The notes beneath the pieces are model-generated. The model worked only from the letters and a program-made list of their open reading frames with translations, ran no database searches and was not told the origin of the DNA. Positions 29,043-37,863 of a stretch of 64,000 bases of DNA are shown here, one piece after another. Position numbers and translations under genes: made by a program. Origin of the DNA: an uncultured candidate division Zixibacteria bacterium (GTDB lineage: Bacteria > Zixibacteria > MSB-5A5 > GN15 > PGXB01); the NCBI GenBank assembly GCA_963702205.1, contig OY969724.1, positions 3,328,001 to 3,392,000 on the forward strand. The letters are read 5' to 3'. How positions within the stretch are numbered: position 1 is the stretch's first letter; the number at the start of each line of letters is the position of its first letter.

Positions 29043-30182
29043 GTGAAACCCGACTTCGATTATAATTTCAAAAGCCTCCTGACCGCTCCGGCCAAGGCAT
29101 TGAAAGCCAAGAAAATATTCGTCTGCTCGGTGGCGCTGCTTCTGGCCCTCGCGGCCTACGACATATTCGCTTATGCCGCATTTCTGGTCGACGGCCAGTC
29201 ACTGACAACCACCCTCAACACTTATTGCGTTTTCCCCTTCGAGATCGCCGGGTTTTCATCGATCCTTTCGGTAATCCTGTACTACGTGGGCATATTCTGT
29301 GCGGTTATTATGATTATGCTCGGCATGCTGGCCTGCACTTCGTGCGATTTCGAGGAACTTCGCGGCAACCCGTTTTTCTCGGCCTATGATTCGATCAAAT
29401 TCGCCCTCTCGCGCTCGCCGCAGCTTTTGATCTCGATTATCGCCGTCGCCATGTTTATCGCGTTGATCATCCTCCTCGGCATACTGGTCGGGCTTGTCAC
29501 GCGGATTCCGGTCGCCGGTGAACTGCTGTACGCCATCTTCTTTCTGTTTCCGAATTTCATAATCGCGATATTCACGGTTCTCATAATATTCGTGTTTTTC
29601 GTCTCGTTTTTCATCATGCCGATTACCGTCGCGGCCGACCGCAACAAGGAATCGTTCAACTCGATACTGGAATCGTTTTTGACCATCACCCGTCATCCCT
29701 TCCGCTGGGGATTGTATACGGCCTTTTCACTCGTGGCGGCCAAAATTTGCGGGTTTATTTATGCTTTCTTTTCGTACAAGGCCGTGCAACTGATCGAAGC
29801 CAGCGCGGCGGTTGGTGGCGGAGATAAAATCCACAAGCTGATGACATCCGGGTTCGCCTCTCTTCCGCTCGAAAGCGACGCGGTCGGATTTATAACCAAC
29901 GTATTTCCGTCGGTGAATGTCGGCTTCGATATATCGACCCTCGGCGCCGGCGGCACTCCATCGGTCGCGGGGTACATCCTCGGGGCCATGTTATTTTTGA
30001 TATTCGTCTCGGTCCTCGGCTACATGCTGTCGGTGGTGGCGACTTCGCAGGCGTATTCGTTCGCGATCATTAAGTTCGTCCGCGACGGCCACAAAATCAC
30101 CGATGAGGATTCGCTGTTCTACGAAGAGGAATGGGCCAACCCGTTGATCGACGAAGAAAATAAAACCGAAGAAGAAGTTTAG
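29043..30182 (+). CDS. Polytopic membrane protein of unknown function
   Basis: About 6-7 hydrophobic segments and an acidic C-terminus. GTG at 29043 preferred over TTG 29007, which coincides with a -35-like hexamer. Confidence 0.75.
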   Translation: MKPDFDYNFKSLLTAPAKALKAKKIFVCSVALLLALAAYDIFAYAAFLVDGQSLTTTLNTYCVFPFEIAGFSSILSVILYYVGIFCAVIMIMLGMLACTSCDFEELRGNPFFSAYDSIKFALSRSPQLLISIIAVAMFIALIILLGILVGLVTRIPVAGELLYAIFFLFPNFIIAIFTVLIIFVFFVSFFIMPITVAADRNKESFNSILESFLTITRHPFRWGLYTAFSLVAAKICGFIYAFFSYKAVQLIEASAAVGGGDKIHKLMTSGFASLPLESDAVGFITNVFPSVNVGFDISTLGAGGTPSVAGYILGAMLFLIFVSVLGYMLSVVATSQAYSFAIIKFVRDGHKITDEDSLFYEEEWANPLIDEENKTEEEV

Positions 30183-30297
30183 ATACAAGATACGGCTTTA
30201 TGACATTCTGGACATATTTCTGGCTTTTCGTACCGCCTTTTGTTCTCGTCGCGATAAGCCTTATTTTTTATTTCGTCACCGGTGAAAAGGGGACCAA

Positions 30298-31731
30298 ATG
30301 AACGCCATCCTCATCGGTTTCGTGACCTACCTGGTCGCCCTTTTGATTATCGGCTTCATGACTTTTCGCTTCAATAAAACTATTGCCGATTACGTTCTCG
30401 GCGGGCGTAAACTCGGGGTCTGGGTCGTGACTTTTTCAGAACGTGCCTCCGGCGAATCGGCCTGGTTGATTCTTGGCCTTCCCGGTGTCGTTTTCGCTTC
30501 GGGCCTGGCTGAAATATGGGTCGTGATCGGATGCACCTCGGGCATTCTTTTTTCATGGATGTTTGTCGCCCACAAACTCCGTGTTGAATCGGAAAGCAAT
30601 TTTGCGCTGACCATACCGGAGTTTTTCGAACACCGCTTCAACGATACGACGCGTACCATACGGACGCTGGCGACGTTGATCATCGTCTTCTTTTTCACCT
30701 TCTACGTCTGCGCGCAGTTTATCGGCGCGGGTAAAGTGTTAAACGTCACCTTCGGTATGTCGCAGACAAACGGCATGATCCTCGGCGCGTGCATAATTTT
30801 ATTCTATACCGTCATGGGCGGTTTCCGGGCCGTCGCCTGGACCGATTTTCTTCAATCGCTGCTGATGCTCATCACTTTGGTGGTCCTGCCCATCACCGCC
30901 CTGATCGAACTGGGTGGCTGGGACAAGATTACCTCGGCCATCATCGCGCAGCATCCGGGACACCTGTCGGTCCTCGGCGGCGATCATGGCCTGATGGCAA
31001 CCTTCTCGATCATCACCGGGTTGGCCTGGGGCCTCGGCTATATGGGCCAGCCGCATCTTCTGGCTCGCTATATGGCGATCAATAAACCGGAGAAACTGCG
31101 CGAAGGTGCAGTCATCGGCATAAGCTGGGCGGTACTGGCTTTCTGGGGGGCGATGTTTATCGGACTGTTCGGCATCGTCATGTTTCAAAACGGCGCCATT
31201 GTCGATCAGGAAAAAGTCATGCCGCTGATGGCCACCGAGCTTCTGCCCGGATGGGTCGCGGGTATTTTGATATCCGGCGCCATCGCCGCCATGATGTCCA
31301 CCGCCGACAGCCAGCTTTTGGTCACGACGTCATCGGTCGCCGAAGATATTTATCGCAACTACATCGAACCAAATGCCACCGAGGAAAAACTGGTGACGGT
31401 TTCGCGGATCGTAACGATACTGGTCGGAATCGCCGCTTTTGTCATTGCCATCTATTGGCAGGAGCTGGTATTCAAAATGGTCGCTTTTGCCTGGTCGGGA
31501 CTCGGCGCGGCTTTCGGCCCGGCCCTGATTTTGACGTTATGGTGGCGCAAGACTACCCGCGAGGGCGTGCTGGCCGGGATGGTGGTCGGGACCATGACCG
31601 TCCTGATCTGGCGCTTCACGCCGTCCCTGCACGCCACCGTCTATGAACTGGCGCCGGCCTTTTTCCTCGCGCTCACCGCGGTCTGGCTGGTCAGCCTGGC
31701 AACCCAACCCAAAAAACAGGTAACAGCATGA
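30298..31731 (+). CDS. putP: Sodium/proline symporter (SSS family)
   Basis: DYVLGGR.LG, SERASGESAWL..GLPG, YTVMGGFRAVAWTDF.Q, WGLGYMGQPH, AAMMSTADSQL, AWSGLGAAFGP. Confidence 0.88.
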   Translation: MNAILIGFVTYLVALLIIGFMTFRFNKTIADYVLGGRKLGVWVVTFSERASGESAWLILGLPGVVFASGLAEIWVVIGCTSGILFSWMFVAHKLRVESESNFALTIPEFFEHRFNDTTRTIRTLATLIIVFFFTFYVCAQFIGAGKVLNVTFGMSQTNGMILGACIILFYTVMGGFRAVAWTDFLQSLLMLITLVVLPITALIELGGWDKITSAIIAQHPGHLSVLGGDHGLMATFSIITGLAWGLGYMGQPHLLARYMAINKPEKLREGAVIGISWAVLAFWGAMFIGLFGIVMFQNGAIVDQEKVMPLMATELLPGWVAGILISGAIAAMMSTADSQLLVTTSSVAEDIYRNYIEPNATEEKLVTVSRIVTILVGIAAFVIAIYWQELVFKMVAFAWSGLGAAFGPALILTLWWRKTTREGVLAGMVVGTMTVLIWRFTPSLHATVYELAPAFFLALTAVWLVSLATQPKKQVTA

Positions 31732-32384
31732 ATACCGAACTTGTAATCATCGGCACCATACACATCGGCCGCGAAACGTCGCCGCAGTACGCCGACTTCC
31801 TGACCAGGGCATTCGACGGCATCAAACCCGAATTTATCCTGACCGAAATCGCCGGCTACGAACGCGAGGATAACCGTCTGGCCGACGTCAAACCGGAATA
31901 CCCGGAGATTATTTTCCCCTACGCCGAAAAACACAATATCGAAGTTATTGGTGTGCTTCCCGACGAGGAACAGCGCAACAAGATGGAACAGGCCAAGGCC
32001 GCGGTCATGGCGCAGATCGAAAACAACCAGTGGATGCGTATGATCTGGGAGTACGCCAGCCAGTGGGAGGACGTCGCCTATGGACGGATACTCAGTATGC
32101 TGGAAAATCTGGTTTCGATGGAGCGCCTGCAGATGCCCGAGGTCGACGTGCTTCATTTCTCGGCCTGGTTCGATTCATTAAGTAAGTACTTCCCGGAATA
32201 TCTCGAACTCTGGAATCAGTGGAACGCCCTGATTTTGAACAACGTGCAGGATGTCATCAAAACGCACAATGGCAAGCGGCTGATCCTGACTATTGGTCAG
32301 GCTCATAAGTACTGGCTGACCGAAAAGCTCTCCGGCCAACCCGGTATATCAGTGTACGATTTGATTTCGTACAAAAGCAAATAA
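31728..32384 (+). CDS. Hypothetical protein, TraB/GumN (TIKI/ChaN-like) superfamily candidate
   Basis: ATGA overlap with putP; motifs IIGTIH, PEFILTE and C-terminal IGQAHKYWL. Confidence 0.6.
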   Translation: MNTELVIIGTIHIGRETSPQYADFLTRAFDGIKPEFILTEIAGYEREDNRLADVKPEYPEIIFPYAEKHNIEVIGVLPDEEQRNKMEQAKAAVMAQIENNQWMRMIWEYASQWEDVAYGRILSMLENLVSMERLQMPEVDVLHFSAWFDSLSKYFPEYLELWNQWNALILNNVQDVIKTHNGKRLILTIGQAHKYWLTEKLSGQPGISVYDLISYKSK

Positions 32385-32390
32385 TCTAAT

Positions 32391-32693
32391 GTAGGTCAGG
32401 GGCCGTGCGCTCCGGACAATTCCTTATGATTCGCCACAACAGGCGATAGAAAAGCCGACATTTATTTCTGTAACCGGCAGTCTTCGTAGGTCATGCCCAG
32501 TTGCCTAAGGTCCACACGAAGTGAAGGAGGGCATACCATCTTTAAGTCATACTGTACAATGTCATTCCCGCGAAGGCGGGAATCCAGTCTTTTTATGAAA
32601 ATTCTTGTGACCGGCAGACGCCCTCGACAGCCGGTTTGTTTGATTGTAATTTAATCAAGAAGACCTGTAGGTCGAAACCCCCGTGGTTTCGAC
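32391..32693. repeat. Cluster of REP-like palindromes (three GTAGGTC-footed hairpins and one dRS3-like unit)
   Basis: GTAGGTC at 32391, 32486 and 32667, each followed by an imperfect hairpin (e.g. GTCGAAACC-CCCGT-GGTTTCGAC); GTCATTCCCGCGAAGGCGGGAATCCAG at 32561. Confidence 0.65.
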
Positions 32694-33116
32694 ATCTTCC
32701 CTACCACCGAAACCCCGCCCATAAACTCAAAATCCCTGCCAACCCAATGGTGATTCGTGTCGCTCCCCTATATATAGAAAGGAGCTTCAATAACGCCACG
32801 AACAAAACAACAACTTGTTTCAAAGCAACGCAAAGCGCAAAAATCAACCGGCTTGGAATCAATTATGAAATTCAAAAAAATCCAGGAACGAACCCATTTC
32901 CTCATAACGAATATTGAATTAAACACTTGCGAGATATTTTGTGGGCGGCAGATGTCCACATCTGCCCCTTTTCCGTGTATGCACCAAACGCTCGGGCACT
33001 TGTGGACAAGTGCCGCGCACATAACGAGCTTTGGGTACCCCATCACCCGAAGGCTCTGAATCCTATGAAGGATTAGTGGTGGGATCTTTATGACCCTAAT
33101 AACCGGAGACTTCCGA

Positions 33117-34577
33117 TTACTTCTTGCCCGGATCGGGCAGTTCTTCTTCGATACCCGCCAGACGCCGTGCCATCTCGACTTTCTTTTCAAGCTGACCCAT
33201 CGCGTTGATCACCAGCTTGGCGCCGTCGGGAGAGCCGCCGCCGTGCATGCACCCCGGCACGCCGGCCCCGATAGTCGCCCACTCCACCAGACGAGCCGCG
33301 CGGGCTCGCGTCTCGGCATTGGAGCGCGCCTTCATGTACTTCTCGATAAGGTGCCCGTACTTGGTCGATTTGAAATCTTTGTACGACGGCATGCACCCGG
33401 TTTCGGCGATACCCCCGGCGATGTCCTGCGCCAATCTGGAAGTCTCGTAGGGCAGCGTCGCCACGTGGACCTTGTTGACATTGGACAGGAGCATGTCGCT
33501 GACCCAGGCCCCCGACGGGTGCTTGCGGCCCATCGCCGCCGCCGCAATGCCCATGCCGAATGTCGTCTCGTTGTTGATATTCATCTGGACGATTTTGTCG
33601 CGAAACACTTTAGAATTGAGACCGTTGGCGCGCGCGGTGAGAATCGCCGCTCCGATTTTGACGTCGCCCTGTCCCGCGACGCATCCGCCGATCGCAGAGC
33701 GGTATGTACCTATGAAGTACTGCACCGCTTTGAGAGCGTACTTCGTCTCCCCGGCCATGAAGACTCGTTCGTTCGGGATGAAGACGTCTTCGAACAGCAG
33801 GTACGCCTGCGTGATGCCGCCGTCCTTGACCGGTATGTCGAACCCTTCTTCACCGTCTCGGGTATCGCTGGGGTGCCGTGTCTCGACAATGGTCAATCCC
33901 TCGATGTCACGCGGGACGACAAACGAGACGGCATAACTTTCGTCCCCTTCACCGTAACTGGTGCCGGGCAGTATGAATATTTCATTGGAGGCCGCCACGC
34001 CGCAGATCATGACTTTTGCACCGCGCACGACGATACCGTCATCGCGTCTTTCCACCATGCGCAGGAACATATCGGGGTCGTCCTGTTCCGACGGTTTTTT
34101 GGTGCGGTCGCCTTTGGGATCGGTCAGAGCGCCGGAGATCGTGATGTCGCGCGCCTGGGCGTCTCCAAGCCAGGCCAGAAGCCGCTTATGATAATCGGTT
34201 CCAAACTCTTTGTCGATATCCCACGTGGCGCAGAACATGGCGTTCATGGCCGTCCAGCCGACACACCGTCCCCCGGTGCACGTCCCGGTCTTCTGAAACA
34301 TGGTTCTTTTAAGACGGCTGTTGGCGTACATATCCTGCGGTTCCTGTATGACCGACAGGTACCGACTGACCGGCTCACCGGTCAGATGTGAGACGGTCGT
34401 GAAGACGTCCTTCTGTTCGTCGTCGAGCGCAGCCTTGTAAATCTGCCCGTGTCCTTCGATCGTGCCTTTTGTCGCCGGGTGAGTGGTGACGTCTTCGATA
34501 AGTTCATCGAATTTGTAAATATTGGGACGCATCTTTTTGAGCGATGCGATATATTCTTCATACGTCCTGATGGCCAT
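33117..34577 (-). CDS. 4-hydroxybutyryl-CoA dehydratase / 4-hydroxyphenylacetate 3-hydroxylase family flavoprotein (divergent)
   Basis: EEYIASL, TDPKGDR, DGIVVRGAK, FEDVFIPNERVF, GGC..G.GD, AQDIAGG, MHGGGSP; GGAG RBS. Confidence 0.88.
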   Translation of the reverse strand: MAIRTYEEYIASLKKMRPNIYKFDELIEDVTTHPATKGTIEGHGQIYKAALDDEQKDVFTTVSHLTGEPVSRYLSVIQEPQDMYANSRLKRTMFQKTGTCTGGRCVGWTAMNAMFCATWDIDKEFGTDYHKRLLAWLGDAQARDITISGALTDPKGDRTKKPSEQDDPDMFLRMVERRDDGIVVRGAKVMICGVAASNEIFILPGTSYGEGDESYAVSFVVPRDIEGLTIVETRHPSDTRDGEEGFDIPVKDGGITQAYLLFEDVFIPNERVFMAGETKYALKAVQYFIGTYRSAIGGCVAGQGDVKIGAAILTARANGLNSKVFRDKIVQMNINNETTFGMGIAAAAMGRKHPSGAWVSDMLLSNVNKVHVATLPYETSRLAQDIAGGIAETGCMPSYKDFKSTKYGHLIEKYMKARSNAETRARAARLVEWATIGAGVPGCMHGGGSPDGAKLVINAMGQLEKKVEMARRLAGIEEELPDPGKK

Positions 34578-34705
34578 GACCGGCTCCTTTTTATTGGATA
34601 TGCATTATTTTCATTCCTGACATTGAATATAATCAGCATCGATGGGTTTTGCAACAATATGCGAACCGCCCCGGGATTTTGTACAATAAAAAAAACCGAC
34701 CTGAA

Positions 34706-34874
34706 GGGCTTGCTGAAAAAGTGGTGATATATGTTCCGTCAGGTGCTGATCCCGACAAAGTCGGGATTGACACTGACGGCCCCTTTGGTTTCAATTACTT
34801 ACAATGCAGTCAGATCACACGTCCCCATAAATCTGGACGCAGGACCTGACCGGACGAGCTTTTTCAACAAGCCC
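34706..34874. mobile_element. Second MITE-like element with 16-bp terminal inverted repeats
   Basis: GGGCTTGCTGAAAAAG (34706-34721) vs CTTTTTCAACAAGCCC (34859-34874), one mismatch; contains the hairpin ATCCCGAC-AAA-GTCGGGAT. Confidence 0.5.
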
Positions 34875-34888
34875 CGAATTCGGGGCTT
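34869..34888 (-). terminator. Hairpin downstream of the EB_dh-like gene
   Basis: Perfect palindrome AAGCCCCGAATTCGGGGCTT 15 nt after the stop; weak U-tract. Confidence 0.5.
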
Positions 34889-34903
34889 GAAATCAATACT
34901 TTA

Positions 34904-35941
34904 TTACTGCGGATTAATGATTATATAAAACGGTTTTGATCCGGAATGTTTGTTCGGGCTGTTGGCCGGGTAGTTATGATTGACAGCAATTGTCACCTGT
35001 ACCGTGTCGACCGATGATAAATCGACGTCGTCATCGTGGCCGGTATCCAGTGCGCGGGACATGACGATGTCCCACTTATGATTGATATTGTCATATAACG
35101 AATAACTGTGGACGTCCCAGCGACTGAGGTCGGCGGTCGAAGTATCGTGGAACATGGAATCGATCACGAAACCCGGCACCTCATCGCCAGCGGTGAAATT
35201 CGCTTGCACATAATGAACGGTGTCGTGTGTAAATAAAAAGTCACCTGTATAAGCACCAAGATTATAATGCGTGAAGTAAGGAGCATGTGCAATATTATTG
35301 TAGTTGTCTTTGTACACCGCATCACTTCCGGCTGGATAGTCGAGATCGGTTCCGGCGTCATCCCACCAGCCGTCATCGTCCAGATAGGCCGGAGCGGTTC
35401 TGGCGGCGCGCCATATCCAGACGTCGGCGTTACCGCCGCCGCTGGTATAATGTTCTCTGGTATCCCCCACGGCATGACACATAGTAGCGCAGTCGGCCCT
35501 TTCGGTGCCGTTATTACCGGCGTCGAATATGATGAAAAAGACGTCTTCACCTTCATTCGTCAGTATGGACCAGGGTTGATCGGTTATCGACAAATGCAAA
35601 CGGTCAAGACGCCGACTGGCGTTGCCGTCGGTCCAACTGGCGTAAATATAAAGCGTATCGTCCTTAACAATGGCCTTAAGCGTGGCGCTTGTGTTGAAAC
35701 CAATATTGGGGTCGTAAAAGCCCGATCCGCTCGGATATTCTCCGATCGGGACAGTGTACGACGTCACGGCATTCCAGATATTCGAGATTGTGCTCATCAT
35801 ATCGGCGGGAATGGTGACCGAAGTATTGGCCACGATATAAACATCACCCGGGGGTTGATTACTGGATGGATTGCTTTTGCTGCCACACCCCCAGACAAAG
35901 AGGCCAGCCAATATTACAGCGAAAATCACGGATAACTTCAT
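34904..35941 (-). CDS. Ethylbenzene dehydrogenase-related (EB_dh/DOMON-like) heme-binding lipoprotein
   Basis: GGAGG RBS, lipobox VWGC, LYIYASWTD, ED...I.F, CATMCH, ADVWIWRAART, W.IVMSRALDTG..DDV. Confidence 0.78.
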   Translation of the reverse strand: MKLSVIFAVILAGLFVWGCGSKSNPSSNQPPGDVYIVANTSVTIPADMMSTISNIWNAVTSYTVPIGEYPSGSGFYDPNIGFNTSATLKAIVKDDTLYIYASWTDGNASRRLDRLHLSITDQPWSILTNEGEDVFFIIFDAGNNGTERADCATMCHAVGDTREHYTSGGGNADVWIWRAARTAPAYLDDDGWWDDAGTDLDYPAGSDAVYKDNYNNIAHAPYFTHYNLGAYTGDFLFTHDTVHYVQANFTAGDEVPGFVIDSMFHDTSTADLSRWDVHSYSLYDNINHKWDIVMSRALDTGHDDDVDLSSVDTVQVTIAVNHNYPANSPNKHSGSKPFYIIINPQ

Positions 35942-36015
35942 TATTCCTCCGGAGTTTTGATATTATCAATAAACTTAAGCAGGAATACGATATATGTCAA
36001 TGCGGAAAAAGCGAC

Positions 36016-37761
36016 TTACTTTGTTTCCAGCTTCTTGATGACGACCATAGTAACGTCGTCGAAGACGTGATCGGGCCGGGCGAATTCTTTAATAGTATTA
36101 AATATCGCCTCGTGAATTTCCCGGGCCGGCAATCCCGCGCTGGCCTGGAGCAGTTCATTCAGGCGTTTTTCGCCGAATTGCGTGCCATCGGGTCCTTCGA
36201 CCTCCGTAACACCGTCGGTGTACATAAGGATGACGTCACCGGGTCGGATCGAGATGGGCCGCTCTTCATATTCGGTGTCGTTCACCACCCCCAGAGCCAT
36301 ACCGCCTTCATCCAGCGTTTCGATAGTACCGTCACGGCGCATCAGGATCGGCCGGTTGTGACCGCAATTTGAAAAGGTAAATATGTCGTTTTTGGAATCG
36401 AGAACTCCGTAGAAGGCCGTAACGAAATTTTCACGTTCGAGCAATTCAAACATCAGGCTGTTGACCTTACGGCAGATGGTACGGATGGCATAGTTGTTCC
36501 GTATCTCGGCGATAAGCGAGGCCCGGAAAGACGCCATAATCAGGGCCGCCGGTATACCTTTGCCGGAAATATCGGCGATGGCTATCCCGGTCTGACGAGT
36601 CACGATATCGATGAAATCATAGTAATCGCCGCCGACTTCACCCGAGGGAATATTGATCCCGGAGACGTCGTACCCCGCGATTTTCGGATCACTCTTGGGA
36701 ATAAAACTCAGTTGGATATGCCGTGCGATGGACAACTGCTCTTCGAAACGACGGTTCTCGAGCATTTTGTCGTGCAATTTGGCACGCTCGATAGTCAGCG
36801 CCGCCTGACTCGCAAAGGCCCGCAGAAGTTCCAGGCTGCTTTTATCATAAGCATTAACTCGCGGCGATTCGAGGTTTATCACGCCTATAACGCGGTCATC
36901 GATTTCTATGGGGGCCACCAGTTCCGACCTCGTATCGGGATCACCCGCGAAATAGCGATCATCCTTGGTGACGTCCGCCACTATGACCGGGTCTCGATTC
37001 TCCGCGACCCATCCGACCAGACCCTGGCCAACCCGCAGTTGAATGTACTGATCGGCATTGGGATGATAGCCCTGGGCGAAAACGGACGACACTTCGCGCT
37101 TTTCTTCGTTAATCAGGAATATACTTATGGCGGAATAGTCGACGACTTTTTTTAACGTGTCGCAGATCATTTTGAGGGCTTCATCCAGATTCAAAGTACT
37201 GGACAGCTTCTTCCCGACTTCATACAACAGCTCGCGCTCCATCGCTTCACGGCGGGCGTCGCGATAGAGATTGGCGTTGTCTATCCCGATGGCGAACTGG
37301 TTGGCGAGGCCCATAAGGGTATCCATATCGTCTTCATCGAAAGCTCCGTCGCCTCTATTTAAGGCCTCAACGACTCCAATCAAATGTCCTCGTCCGATCA
37401 GGGGAGCGAGTATAGCCGAAGTCGGTTCGATATCGATAAATTCTTTCATCCGGGGCTGATAGCGGCTATCGTTTACAAGATCGTAAATGATTTGCGGCTC
37501 ATGGTGTTCGGCGACCCAGCCGAGAAGACCCTCACCCCGCGACATCTTAAAATACCGGAATTCCCCGGTTTTTGCGTTTAAATATCTTGTTCCGAGATCG
37601 GGGGCTTTTCGGTCGATTCTATAAACCAGCGCGGCCTCGGACCCGGTGGCCTGTATGGTCAGTTCGAGGACCAGGCGCATCAATTCCTCATAATCCAGTG
37701 TGGAATTGAGCATTCGCGCCGAATGCAGCAGCATTTTTTCCATTTTGCTTTGTTGGGCCAT
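36016..37761 (-). CDS. GAF-GAF-PP2C (SpoIIE/RsbU-type) serine phosphatase
   Basis: Two GAF domains (GEGLLGWVAE, GQGLVGWVAE), ARHIQ, VGGDYYDF, IADISGKG, YTDGVTE, DDVT. Start placed at ATG 37761. Confidence 0.92.
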   Translation of the reverse strand: MAQQSKMEKMLLHSARMLNSTLDYEELMRLVLELTIQATGSEAALVYRIDRKAPDLGTRYLNAKTGEFRYFKMSRGEGLLGWVAEHHEPQIIYDLVNDSRYQPRMKEFIDIEPTSAILAPLIGRGHLIGVVEALNRGDGAFDEDDMDTLMGLANQFAIGIDNANLYRDARREAMERELLYEVGKKLSSTLNLDEALKMICDTLKKVVDYSAISIFLINEEKREVSSVFAQGYHPNADQYIQLRVGQGLVGWVAENRDPVIVADVTKDDRYFAGDPDTRSELVAPIEIDDRVIGVINLESPRVNAYDKSSLELLRAFASQAALTIERAKLHDKMLENRRFEEQLSIARHIQLSFIPKSDPKIAGYDVSGINIPSGEVGGDYYDFIDIVTRQTGIAIADISGKGIPAALIMASFRASLIAEIRNNYAIRTICRKVNSLMFELLERENFVTAFYGVLDSKNDIFTFSNCGHNRPILMRRDGTIETLDEGGMALGVVNDTEYEERPISIRPGDVILMYTDGVTEVEGPDGTQFGEKRLNELLQASAGLPAREIHEAIFNTIKEFARPDHVFDDVTMVVIKKLETK

Positions 37762-37863
37762 ATATTTCTCTACGTAATTATGCCAAGTTACATGTGACCG
37801 CAAAAAAGTCAAGAGGCTCATATTGATATATGAGCCTCTGCCGTCAAGAATCAGGCGATATTG

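Noticed and set aside
32636..33190. 93-aa and 140-aa ORFs in the repeat-rich gap
   Set aside because: No RBS or motifs; they overlap repeats or the neighbouring gene end.
33090..34391. 433-aa plus-strand ORF
   Set aside because: Antisense shadow of the dehydratase-family gene.
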